DNA of 64,000 nucleotides from Takakia lepidozioides. Taxonomy: Eukaryota > Plantae > Bryophyta. This document shows, in pieces, positions 11,125 through 22,989 of this stretch. Position 1 is the first letter of the stretch, and each line of letters opens with the position of its first letter. The notes below the pieces were generated by a model. It was given only the letters and a program-made list of their open reading frames with translations. It was not told where the DNA came from and did not search any database. Position numbers and translations under genes: made by a program. Where the stretch lies: assembly GCA_030704615.1 (NCBI GenBank), contig CM060734.1, positions 19,592,001 through 19,656,000 of the forward strand, read 5' to 3'.

Positions 11125-12960
11125 TCAACGCTTCTTCTGCTTTTGAGGTCGCCCTTCGAAAACTGCAACCGCCTCGGATGCGTTTCCCATTTCTGAGGCA
11201 CGCACCCAAGATGCCTCCACATGATGATAGCCCTTCCATTTGACGAGATACTCCATTTCTCGGTTCTTGAACCTCCTCGACTTAAGTACTGCCTCCACCT
11301 CGTACTCAGGTTCATTTTCGTGATCCAACAGCACAGGTGGCGGACGCAACATTTGATGCCGATTCGGACGCGCTTCATCTTTGAAGTAAGGCTTCAAAAG
11401 GGAGACGTGGAATACTGGATGCACCTTGCTGTTTTCCGGCAGCTCCAATTCATACACATTCTCATTCATAACCTTCCGGATGCGAAAGGGTCCGGCATAC
11501 GAAGGTACGAACTTTGGACTCACTTCCGGAGGTAGTCGGAAATTCTTGATGTTCAACCAGACCTCCGTGTCTACCTCAAACTTCACTTCCCTCCGCTTCC
11601 GATTCGCCTGCCTTTCATACCGTTTCCTAGCTTTGGCAATGTTGTACGTTGCGAGCTTCAACAATCGCTCGCATTCTTCCAGTACCATCGCTACTACCGG
11701 TTCCTCAACGTCCTAGGCGGCCCAACTTGTCGGCACCAGAGGTGCTTTTCCATAGACCAATACGAAAGGGGAAACTCCCGTTGCGGAGTGTTTTGTGTTA
11801 TTATAACAGAACTCTGATGCGTCTAAGTGTTCCACCCAGTCTGTTTGGTCTGCCGACACGTAATTCCGCAAGATCTGCTTCACTACGGAATTCATTCTTT
11901 CCGTTTGGCCGTCGGTCGTAGGTCGGAAGGCGGTGCTCATCTTCAGCCTCGTCCCCATCTTCTTCCAAAGTGCCCTCCAAAATTTACTCGTAAACTTTGG
12001 ATCGCGGTCCGAGACAATATCCTTCGGGACTCCATGATGCTTTAAGACGTGGACGAAGTAAAGTCGCCCTGTTTCCTGCGCCGTTGCCGTCTCCTTGGTG
12101 GGGATGAAATGGCCCATTTTACTGAACCTATCCACCACCACCATGATTGCATCGAATCCTTTTGACAGTGACATAGCAGTCATGAAATCCATCGAGACGC
12201 TTTCCCAAGTCCCCTCTGGAATCGGCAAGGGTTGTAACAGCCCCGCTTGCTTTTTGTACTCGCTCCGGTTTTGTTGGCATGTGGTGCATAACTTGACATA
12301 CTCCTCTGCCTCCTCCCTCAGTTTGGGCCAGAAATACTCTTTCTTCAAGAGTGCCGCAGCGCCGTGGCCCGCAAGTGGGCTATCATGGCATTCTCTCAAG
12401 AGGCTATCTCTTACCCCTCCCTTTGATACGTAGAGATGCTTTTGCTTATACCGGAGCAGTCCATTTTGCAAGTGGAACTGCGATTTAACCCCCATCCTCA
12501 AGTCCTGCATCACGGACTTCGCCAACTCATCCTTTCGGCAAGCCTTCCGGATCTTCCTTTGGAGCGCCGTCTCGCCCCTGTACACCAACATGAGCTGTTG
12601 CTTTCTACTTAAAGCATCGGCCACCACGTTGTCCCGTCCCGGTTTGTACTGGATATCCACGTCGAACACCGCCAAAGTATCTTGCCACCTAAGTTGTTTT
12701 GGGGACAACTTGGGCTGCGTGGCAAAATTCTTCACCGTGACATTGTCCGTGAACACCTTCACTGGGTTAGAACCAACATAGTGGCGCCAAAGCTCAAGAT
12801 ATGCACCACCGCTTTCATCTCTTTCTCGTGCGTCGGCCACTGTCGCTCCACTTCATTCAGTTTCTTACTTTCGTAAGCCACTGGACGTCCATCTTGCATC
12901 AGTACACCCCCAATCGCAAAGTCCGACGCATCTGTTGAATCTCGAACGGACGATCGAACT
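11125..12960 (-). pseudogene. RNase H - integrase - chromodomain part of pol
   Basis: [14 protein letters not shown]; HHCC zinc finger; SMDF...IVSDRDPKFTS...GQTER; AGPFRI; chromodomain EYEVEAVLKSRRFKNREMEYLVKWKGY...SWV. Confidence 0.95.
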
Positions 12961-14460
12961 CCGGGATTTTCAAGACTGGAGCTTCCACCATCCACTGCTT
13001 CAATTCAGCAAAAGCTTGGCCACAAAAGGTATTCCATGCCCAGACTTTGGATTTACACAGAAGGTCTGACAGCGGCCCCGCGATCTTGGCAAAATTTCTC
13101 ACATACTTCCGGTAATAGGAGGCGAGTCCTAGGAAGGATCGCACTCCCGGGACCGAAGTCGGAGGCTCCCAGTCCAATATTGCCCTCACCTTCCTGTCAT
13201 CCATTCTGATCCCATCCTGTGTAATCACATGCCCCAAGAACTCCATTTTTGTGACCCCGAATTCGTACTTTGAAGCTTTGGCATACAGCTTCCCTTCCCG
13301 CAATTTCTGGAACACCCTTTTGAGGTGCTCCAGATGCTCCTCCTTTGTTCTCGAATACACCAAGATGTCGTCGATGTACACGATCACAAAGTCATCCAAC
13401 CACTCCTGGAAAAGGCTGTTCATCAGCGTGCTAAAGGTCGCGGGAGCGTTGGTGAGTCCAAAAGGCATCACCAAGAACTCATATGAACCATACCTTGTCC
13501 TGCACGCAGTCTTCTCCTCATCTCCTTCCGCCACTCGAATTTGATGATAGCCGGAGCGCAGATCGATCCGGCTGAAATACTTCGCTCCTGCCAACCGATC
13601 GAAAAGGTCGTCGATCCTTGGCAAAGGGTACCGGTTTTTGATAGTCACCTTATTCAAAGCCCTGTAATTGACACACATCCGCAGCGTCCCATCCTTCTTG
13701 TCTGCGAATAGCACTGGGGCTCCGTAAGGTGACTTACTCGGCCGGATGTACCCCTTTGACATTAGATCTTTGAGCTGAGTCTTCAGCTCGACCAACTCTC
13801 TGTGGCTCAACCGGTAGGGCGCTTGGCAGGTGGTTCCGATCCCGGTATCACCTCAATCTTGTGGTCAACTCCTCTTCGTGGTGGCAAGCCGCCTGGTAAA
13901 TCCTCCGGCATCACATCCTGGTATTTCTCCAAGATCCCCTTGATCCAATCTGGGCTCGGCTCCCCATCGCCTTCTCCCTTCACTTCTCTAATGTAGAGCA
14001 AAAACTGGGGCTCGTGTGCCTCCTCCACGGCCCACTCCCTTGCTGACAGAAGGTTTATTCGCCCTCCCACGGGTTTGGGCGGTTTCCGACACTCGTAAGA
14101 CCTCGCCACCATTCCCACATGGCAGCGTGACTACGCTCTTGCGGCCATCTATGACCGCTCCGGATTTGCTCAAAAAGGTCATCCCAAAATGAGATCCACT
14201 CCATCGATCTCGCAGATGGTGAAGTTCTCACGTCCCTCCCAACTCCCCAGTTGAAGAGGAACATCAAACGCCAACCTTGTCGCCAATTGCGGTTCTCCTT
14301 TGGCAGAACGCACCTCAATAGAGGCCCCACGTCACTTGTCGGGAGTCCCAGCTTTTGTGCCGTTGCCGGTGTCATGAAGGAGTGCGACGCTCCTGTGTCC
14401 ACCAACAACGACACGTTTGTTTCGGATATTATCCCATCCATGAACAATAACTGACTCCCT
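12899..14460 (-). pseudogene. Aspartic protease and reverse transcriptase part of pol
   Basis: LVDTGASHSF; [14 protein letters not shown]; [13 protein letters not shown]; YIDDILVY; several frameshifts. Confidence 0.95.
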
Positions 14461-14599
14461 TTACGTAAGGCGCCAGTTTCCTGATACAACTCACAAGAAA
14501 ATTTGCCTACCTTGCAAGTCCTGGCGACCACCGCTTCCACCAAGCGACTGATGGTATCTTCCGACAGCTCTGTGGTCGCCCGAGTCATGTTCAATTGCG

Positions 14600-15620
14600 G
14601 GGCTTCGTGCACTTCTTGGCCATGTGCCCGAGCTCCCGCAATTGAAACACACTCCATCAAAGGTGGCCTTCTGTCCGCCATAGGCCGCTCCACCCGCTTT
14701 TCCTTTCGAAGCACCGGGTGCCACGTGCCATTGTCGTCGCGTGGCCTATCCCACTTCTTTTCCGGTCGGAAGAAGACACCTTCCCGTCGGGTCTTCTTGT
14801 GGTTCAGCTCCGTACGGCCTTGTCTTTCACCCTTAGAGACATCCGAGAAACATTCAGCCCTCTCAATTGCCTCGTTCAAAGTCTTAGGTGGCTTCTCCTC
14901 CAACTTCCGCCTGGCCCATGGGGCCAGTCCCGCCACAAAGTTGAAGATCATTTCTGGTTCTGCCATGTCCGCGACTTCGAGCAACAGCACATTGAAAGCC
15001 TGGACATATCCCCGAATGTCATCTGTTTGCTTCAAATTCCTCATCTTGTCTCGGGCGAGCCAGGACGCGTTGAGGGGCACAAACTGCCTCTTCATCAATT
15101 CCTTGAACCCACTCTAGTTCAAGGTTTCCAGGCTTGGACCTCGGTCGTGAAGGCGTTTCTACCACCATTGTTGAGCATAGCCCCTCAAATAGGTGGAAGC
15201 CACTTTCACCCGATCCTCGTCACTCAACTTGGCCGCCCGGAAGTACTGCTCTAGCTCCAAGAGCCAGGTGTTGAGTGCCTTCCGATTTCGGACGCCCTTG
15301 AAGGTGTTGGGTTCCTTAGGCTTCACCTTAAACTTTGCCTTAGTGGAAGTGGCATTAGCCGCCTTCAACACGTCTTTCAACGTCCCACCAAATTGCGCCA
15401 ACAACCCTTCCCAAAAGGCCGCCGGCATGGGAGGCATCTGTTGGTCGGTCGGAGCTCTCAGGGATTCCTCAGGCTCCGACTCCCCAGATTCCTCCCGCTC
15501 TTGAGCGGCCTCGTTTTCGGAAACGGCCGCCTCGGTGACACGTCGCCCCCATTGAGCTCACCAGGATCATCATCTTTTGGGCCGTTCCGCTTTCGCTTTG
15601 GCTTGCCTGACCCCATGATG
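14600..15620 (-). pseudogene. gag (retrotransposon capsid, broken zinc knuckle)
   Basis: EPNTFKG...WLLELEQYF...YLRGYAQQWW*; ARDKMRNLKQTDDIRGYVQAF; CFNCGSSG followed by a frameshift. Confidence 0.9.
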
Positions 15621-15657
15621 AGGCCAATCCCAAGGACGATCGCGTACTGAACTCTAA

Positions 15658-15669
15658 GCTCTGATACCA
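15658..15669 (-). other. Primer binding site (tRNA-iMet)
   Basis: TGGTATCAGAGC on minus, 2 nt inside the 5' LTR end. Confidence 0.95.
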
Positions 15670-15671
15670 AG

Positions 15672-16395
15672 TGTCGCGCACCTCACTTCGGTAAGCTCCC
15701 CCCTCAAGTCATAGTTACTCGCTTGATGCGCACGCCTAACTCCCAACCTGGCCGCCGGGCCAACTTGGAGCTCCGGCTGCTCACCGGGGCATAACGGTCC
15801 CCCTTTGATCTCCCAAAGAACCCTCCAATGGTTTAAAACCAGCGGAATTCCCTTTGGTAGTTGGCAGTCCGGAGTAGCTCCCACTCTTTGGTCGCTTTCC
15901 GGCTTGCTCGCTTACTCACTAGTTTTTGGTCACCAACGGGCTTGCACCGTTCTCGGGGTTACTACTCCCTAAATATACTTCTGTAGCTGTCCGCGGGGGT
16001 TTCACAAACAACCATGCCATTTTATGGCGAACCACCACGAACACCCTCGACTCCCGGTGATGAGTCGCGGTGAGTCTTGGCCCACCCACCACGGCCCCTA
16101 TAGACCGTGATGAGTCCCAAGACTCCCCACGACTCCCACCACGAGGTCTCCGCCCCAGGGTGAGTCCTATGCCATCCCCACTAAGTCCCGCTAAGCTACC
16201 ACCACCCCTTGTGGAGCCACCCCCACCACAACCCGGTGTGCGGGGCTCCACCTAGTGAGCGCCTCTGCCTCCTTGAGTGCCTTGGGCACTCAAGGGTGCT
16301 TCGGCCCCCCATACCTATCGCTGCCACTGCCCCCACCACAGGGGCAGCCCCTCTTGTGTCCCGACCCCCTGCCCTCAAGGCAAAGGGCCGCGACA
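15672..16395 (-). repeat. 5' LTR (variant B)
   Basis: Carries GGTAAGCTCCCCCCTCAAGTCATAGTTAC, which is shared with the LTR at 21540-22309 but not with 9515-10232. Confidence 0.95.
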
Positions 16396-16464
16396 CTTTG
16401 GTGGGGGGGATTTAAGCAGATGGAATTGGTGAAAGAAAATCAATTCAAAAGGGAGAGAACGAAC

Positions 16465-19400
16465 CTGTGGACACAGAAAGATCGACCACCCGTGCAGAGT
16501 GGTGGCTGCATGACTCCAGCAGTATTTGCATGAACGCTGGGGATTTTTCCTTTGCACCTCTCCAGGGAGTGCCATCTGGTCTCTTCAGAATCTGACTGGA
16601 CTGCATGAAGTTGTACAAAATGTCATCAACATGCGGCTCATAGGGGGGGTTGACGAAACAACCCTAGTCAGAAATCTCAAAGCTGCGGATGGAGGATGGT
16701 GTCTTTGAGGTGCAAATCCTCCGCAGGCAGATCGCCTCGAACATCCTCGTCTGCCAAAGATAGCAGGTTAGTGTGGTAAACACAATCTATAGTGGAAGTG
16801 TATACATCGGCTATTCAGAACTCAGGCACAAAACAATCATTTTTATCACGAATCGGTGATGATCGGTGTCGATCATGACAGATTCTTCTAGAGTGGAGCT
16901 ACAAAGAACATTGAAAATCATCATGAAAGCACAAGCAGAAGGGAGACGGCATACCAGCTGACCAGGGAAACCCCCTTTCACAAGGTAGAGGTTGTTCACA
17001 CAATTCCATGTGCGCAAAACTTCAAACCCTGAAGACTTCAGGTATGATGCCAATGCCCGACGACTATCTTTGTCACATGACTGAAAAAACAGAAGTGTCC
17101 CTGCATCAGAGAGGAAATTATTACAGAACCCGAACACCCAACTCCAGTAGTTGTCCTCGAATTTGTTCCAGCCTGGCGTCTTGCCCTTTGGAAGAACTTC
17201 TGGCACAGCCTGGCCATCCGGGATGTCGAGAATGACAATGTCAGCTGCATATGTTTTCTGCACACCGCACACGAAGGTGGGACCTGTGCTCACCTGCAAC
17301 AGACATATTTTTTTTAAGAACGATGGAAAGAATGTTTTCATAGAACCAGACTGAAATACTGCCAATGAAACTTTCAGAGAAAAAGGAAAGAAACTGGAAT
17401 TCTCACCAGAATGAGGAATGAGATTATGTTGTCCCAGGTAGGCGAAGGCACCCCAGTGTATCCTCTCTTTCGACTTTGCATCATCGACAGCCAACCTTCA
17501 TTGACAATTTTAATCTCTCCTGCCGAATCAGAACGGGAAGGGTGTGGCTTGGCATCGAACACGCACTGAACTGTGCGGGTATATCTTCCAGCAGTGAAAT
17601 CCTGCCCACTCTCCATCTCCTTCCCCTTGTCTTTTTCCTTCTCTTTGGACTTGTCTTTGTCCTTTGGCTTTGCTGGTGAGATGGCTATGACATCAAGAGC
17701 CTTGTCTTTTGGTTTGCGGCCCGCCTTCTTTCCCTTCTGCGGCGTTCCCTGAGCATCAGGCTCCTTGGCAGCCAATGTTGCTATGTTTCTTTGGTACTCT
17801 TCGTCAGTCAGAGGCGCCAGCAACTCAGCATTATTGTTCAAATATTTCATATGCTGTTCTTGAAAGGTCGTGTGCTCCGGTGGGCAGTCAAGGTACCAGC
17901 CACAGTCTCTGAAGTGAGAAGGACTCCAGTCCTTCAATATCCCTGTAGTATACATGGTTGGATCGTTTGCAGGGTCCGACCACATGTCAAGATAGTCTGG
18001 AATACCGCTCAGGTGATTTCCTTCCATAAGCACATATTTCGTATATCTGTTAAACAGGAGATAAATCCCAACCCACCAAAGCGCGAAGTGAGAAAGATGC
18101 AAGTAGCACAAAATGAGAAAAACATGGAATGAAATGGCTCTGAGAACTGCTCCAAGGACCTTTCAGGACCACGCGACAGCTCCGGATGTGAATGTCGTCA
18201 ACGCCATTCAAAACATTCCATTCAATGATATTGTGAATACACCCTAATCCACGTGAATGCAAACTCTCGCTTTGGAATGACACGGAAGTGAATGTCGTCA
18301 ACGACATTCACTTTGGATTTGTGAATACACTGCTAATCAAGCCTATTGATTTCTCAAAAGAGGCAAAATCATTGGATGGAAATCAGAAACTTGAGTAAGG
18401 AACCCTCCCCAAAAACTCAATGGACATTCATAACAAACATAACACTGAGGACCTCATAATAACACTGGATGTGAATGGCGTCAACGCCATTCACAAAATT
18501 ACGAACAAGGAACCAATTAATACACCTTTAGCTCCCAATCCATGTAAATTCAAATTGTCGCTGGTGAATGACACAGACATAGAAGTGAATGTCGTCAACA
18601 ACATTCACTTTGGATCTCTGATAACACAGCTAATCAAGCCTCAAGATTTCTCGCAAGAGGCAAAAGCAATGCAGAACAACTGAATGTCTGCATTGACATT
18701 CAGCAAACTGAAGTGAGGAACCCTCACTGTAAACTCTATGGACATTACAAAAACTTACATAACTCTGAGGACCTCTCAACAACTGTGGATGTGAATGTCG
18801 TCAACGCCATTCAGGGACATTATCAATTCTAATCAGGGATACTATAATTACACCCTAAGCTCCTAATCCAGGTGAATTCAAATTCTCGCTTAAGAATGAC
18901 TCAGACAAAGAAGTGAATGTCGTCAACGACATTCAATTTGGATCTATGATTATAATCCTTATTAAGCCAAATTATTTCCCAAAAAGTGCAGTAGAGTTTC
19001 CAGTATGATATTGCACATGTACACAACTCGCATCATGGCCCACTCTCCTCCAACCTGACTGTCAAAGTTGTTGGACCGTAAAATATTACCATCTTTGGAG
19101 AACTCCCGGAAAAAAACAGTATCTCCAGGTGAGACCTCTCCACTTCCTTATGTATGCCTCCAATGACATTTGGGGAGGGGAAACAATCAAAATGTTCAAG
19201 TCCTTCAAAGTCTGATCCAGCACAATGACGACGCGCTTTTCGAGCTGCAAATTGTATATTTGTCAGTATTGCAAATAAGATACTCATCACATAATTGAAG
19301 AAAAGAAAACGGCTTATTTGAATACACACCTGACTCCAAAATGTAGCCTTGTGGAGCCAGTTATCAAACACCAAATCACTGATTCCTTCCACCTTTGTGC

Positions 19401-20044
19401 CAGGCTATATGGTGCTCTTTGGGAACTGATTCAAGTCCTTTACTGTCTGATCTGAGTTCCATATCTCCAGCCACCTTATTTTTGTTTGTGGGTCGACCAT
19501 GGATATGGCCAGCCGGTGCAATTTCTCCTGTTGCATCTCCGGATGCACATGCTTGTCATAGTGAGATTTGATCTGCTGAAGGAACTCAGAACCAAGTCCA
19601 GGATCTACTATTCTAAGCTGCTTTCCGAAAGCAGACATCAATTTGGTTCTTCGCATTTCAAACTCCTTTTTTATTGCTACTTCCACACCCTTTGATGTCC
19701 TTAGTTCCTCTGGTGTAGTGCGGTAATATTTGGATTTTCCCTTCTCAGCTGCCTCTGTCAGTTCTTGCTGCATTGATTCAAATAGTGATTAGCACCGAAG
19801 GGACTACAAACATGTATTCGAAAAATAAACTGAGTACAGACTCGGGCTTACCGCATACATGTACTCCAGAAACGCCTCTCGAGTCAAAGAATACCAAGTG
19901 CCTGCAGCTCTTCCTGTTTCGCACTTCTTGATTATATTGGGGGGGAGTACTGTCCGAAAATCATCCAGCTTCATCAGACCAATCCTCTGAATTCGGAATA
20001 GTGTGTGGACCAAGCTTGTTGTCACATGCGATTTCTCTGTCTAT
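16465..20044 (-). pseudogene. Spliced gene with a beta-class N4-C/N6-A DNA methyltransferase-like domain (5' and middle exons)
   Basis: Exon 17293-16955: ADIVILDIPDG...WVFGFCNNFLSDAGTLLFF...LKSSGFEVLRTW (motifs IV-VII-like). Exon 16750-16465: TRMFEAICLRR...WRGAKEKSPAFMQILLESCSHHSARVVDLSVSTG (VIII, X, I-like). GT-AG junctions are in phase. One internal TAG at 16664-16666. Upstream coding blocks at ~20044-19852, ~19773-19330 and ~18010-17440. Confidence 0.75.
18188..18935. repeat. Three ~280-320 bp tandem units, each with two GTGAATGTCGT-CA-ACGACATTCAC palindromes (intronic)
   Basis: Palindrome copies start at 18188, 18288, 18471, 18585, 18791 and 18913. Confidence 0.9.
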
Positions 20045-20068
20045 CTGCAAAAACATTGGAAACATTGC

Positions 20069-22309
20069 GGATGGCGGAAGCTCCAGTCTTGAAAATCCCG
20101 GAGTTCGATCGTCCGTTCGAGATTCAACAGATGCGTCGGACTTTGCGATTGGGGGTGTACTGATGCAAGATGGACGTCCAGTGGCTTACGAAAGTAAGAA
20201 ACTGAATGAAGTGGAGCGACAGTGGCCGACGCACGAGAAAGAGAGGAAAGCGGTGGTGCACTGTCTTGAGCTTTGGCGCCACTATGTTGGTTCCAACCCA
20301 GTGAAAGTGTTCACGGACAATGTCACGGTGAAGAATTTTGCCACGCAGCCCAAGTTGTCCCCAAAACAACTTAGGTGGCAAGATACTTTGGCGGTGTTCG
20401 ACGTGGATATCCAGTACAAACCGGGACGGGACAACGTGGTGGCCGATGCTTTAAGTAGAAAGCAACAGCTCATGTTGGTGTACAGGGGCGAGACGGCGCT
20501 CCAAAGGAAGATCCGGAAGGCTTGCCAAAAAGATGAGTTGGCGAAGTCCGTGATGCAGGACTTGAGGATGGGGGTTAAATCGCAGTTCCACTTGCAAAAT
20601 GGACTGCTCCGGTATAAGCAAAAGCGTCTCTACGTGTCGAAGGGAGGGATCAGAGATAGCCTCTTGAGAGAATGTCATGATAGCCCGCTTGCGGGCCACG
20701 GCGGAGCCAAGCGCACTACGGCACTCTTGAAGAAAGAGTATTTCTGGCCCAAACTGAGGGAGGAGGCAGAGGAGCATGTCAAGACATGCACCACATGCCA
20801 ACAAAACCGGAGCGAGTACAAAAAGCAAGCGGGGCTGTTACAACCCTTGCCGATTCCAAAGGGGACTTGGAAAAGCGTCTCGATGGATTTCATGACTGCT
20901 ATGCCACTGTCAAAAGGATTCGATGCAATCATGGTGGTGGTGGATAGGTTCAGTAACTAGTTATACTAGTTATAACTGCGCTACCGAGAGGGTTGCTTTG
21001 TAGTGCGGGCTAACACGGAAGCTACATGCTTCCATTCACGTACTATAATCGTGTAGCCTTGGGACGAAGTCGTAGTGCGGCTTCGGCGTATTCCCGTACC
21101 TCAGGCCAACATTCCAAGGCGGACCCAATTGTAGTGATTGGGGCGCGCGGTTGGTTCAAGGTTATCTTCCTAGTCAAAGAGGGTTCGAGGTGAATCCTTG
21201 CTCAAGGTGGTGCCAAAAGCGGCATCATGAGCGGTCGCAAGCAGTGTTGTTGTAGTAAGGCGATTCGATCCTCGGGGAGGATCGTTCCTTAGCCTTGAAG
21301 TAGGCCAAGAAGAGTGCACTGGGAGGAGCTTGAGAAGCTCCACCCTTGGCCGGGACTTGGAGGAAGTCGGCCGAACTAGCTAGTGGAGAGTAGAGTCAAG
21401 TGTGGGGGTTTGGTTCTTTGCCATGGGACGCCATGGTATGGAAACAAACTCCTTGATGTGGGACGCCACAACTTGGATGTTTGTTTCCACAAAATGGACA
21501 AGCCGATGGGGACATCGACTCCCTGTTGGTAGGGGTGTGTGTCGCGGCCCTTTGCCTTGAGGGCAGGGGGTCGGGACACAAGAGGGGCTGCCCCTGTGGT
21601 GGGGGCAGTGGCAGCGATAGGTATGGGGGCCGCAGCACCCTTGAGTGCCCAAGGCACTCAAGGAGGCAGAGGCGCTCACTAGGTGGAGCCCCGCACACCG
21701 GGTTGCGGTGGGGGTGGCTCCACAAGGGGTGGTGGTAGCTTGAAACGTGTCACGTAGTCTTCCAATGTCTGTGTTCCATCCCATTTGACGTACAAGCCGA
21801 ACGAATTTGTGTAGGACTCACCCTGGGGCGGAGACCTCGTGGTGGGAGTCGTGGGGAGTCTTGGGACTCATCACGGTCCATATGGGCCGTGGTGGGTGGG
21901 CCAAGACTCACCGCGACTCATCACCGGGAGTCGAGGATGTTCGTGGTGGTTCGCCATAAAATGGCATGGTTGTTTGTGAAACCCCCGCGGACAGCTACAG
22001 AAGTATATATAGGGAGTAGTAACCCCGAGAACGGTGCAAGCCCGTTGGTGACCAAAAACTAGTGAGTAAGCGAGCGAGCCGGAAAGCGACCAAAGAGTGG
22101 GAGTTGTTCCGGACTGCCAACTACCAAAGGGAATTCCGCTGGTTCTAAACCGTTGGAGGGTTCTTTGGGAGATCAAAGGGGGACCGTTATGCCCCGGTGA
22201 GCAACCGGAGCTCCAAGTTGGCCCGGCGGCCAGGTTGGGAGTTAGGCGCGCGCATCAAGCGAGTAACTATGACTTGAGGGGGGAGCTTACCGAAGTGAGG
22301 TGCACGACA
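20069..22309 (+). mobile_element. Inverted partial copy of the same chromovirus (RH-INT fragment, internal deletion, 3' UTR, 3' LTR)
   Basis: 20069-20956 matches the reverse complement of ~12120-12993. 20970-21539 matches ~10233-10801. LTR at 21540-22309. Confidence 0.95.
21540..22309 (+). repeat. 3' LTR (variant B) with ~70 bp foreign filler at ~21742-21811
   Basis: tgtcgcggccc...gtgcacgaca. Confidence 0.93.
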
Positions 22310-22340
22310 CGAACTGTTCATGTTCTCCTGTCTGGTGCAG

Positions 22341-22480
22341 GAGCAACTTACCATGCATGCAAGGCAGGCGGAAGAAGCCTTTTTGGCATGGAGGGTGATT
22401 CTGACCTCTACAACACAGTGCTCCTCCCCCTTTTATCTGGCTCCACTTCAGGCACACAGACTGATCGGATTCAAATTTGA
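22341..22480 (+). pseudogene. Displaced exon completing the methyltransferase SAM-binding region
   Basis: Acceptor tggtgcag|ga at 22340/22341. Encodes (G)ATYHACKAGGRSLFGMEGDSDLYNTVLLPLL. Phase 1 matches the donor aca g|gttcg at 16465. A further possible exon lies at ~22620-22864. Confidence 0.75.
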
Positions 22481-22989
22481 AATGATGACGATCCCGAAGA
22501 TAAGCAGGTCGACAACAACTTTTCATGTGAGTAAGTGCTAAACCCACTTTGGGAGTCATACTCAATTTCTCAATAACATCAAAGTTACAGTAATAACTTT
22601 TTCAGGCTGTCTTTCAGGAAAGACAACGGTGGATCTTCAGGAGATACAATCATTTGTGGCGAGTCTGTTTTCGACAGCCCCCTTTCCAATTTTCTGCTTC
22701 CTGATTATGCCGAAGCAATGGCACTTCACGCGGCCGAGTCCCTATCCCCTGAATTTTTACTGCCCGGCCGTAGGTGTAGCCAGCGTAGATCCGGAGTTCT
22801 TAAATACTTAGACTTAGATGCAGAGGAAGCGGGGATACATTGTACTGACTCTGAGTTAGACTGAACTATGTTCTTTTAATATTCTGTTTCATCCTCTTTG
22901 GAAAACGTCGAATCCCCTTCCTCCACCGTAGTTGTTCTTTTGGAAAGAAAAATAATCAAAGAATCAACTACCATTTAAATTGCAATATG

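Larger units (their letters stand above)
9515..16395 (-). mobile_element. Ty3/gypsy chromovirus, apparently full length but chimeric and degenerate
   Basis: TG...CA LTRs at 9515-10232 and 15672-16395, PBS, and gag-PR-RT-RH-INT-chromodomain order. Several stops and frameshifts. Flanks TCAAG and CTTTG do not form a TSD. Confidence 0.97.

Noticed and set aside
16640-16651. NPPY as the catalytic motif IV of the methyltransferase
   Set aside because: In frame, but it lies after the motif VIII-like strand in the variable region. DIPD occupies the motif IV position, so NPPY is probably coincidental.
18188-18935. CRISPR array
   Set aside because: Spacers are 75-185 bp and are themselves repeated in alternation, so this is a tandem duplication.
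22097-22480. 127-aa ORF as a real gene
   Set aside because: LTR plus intron read-through; only 22341-22480 is exon.
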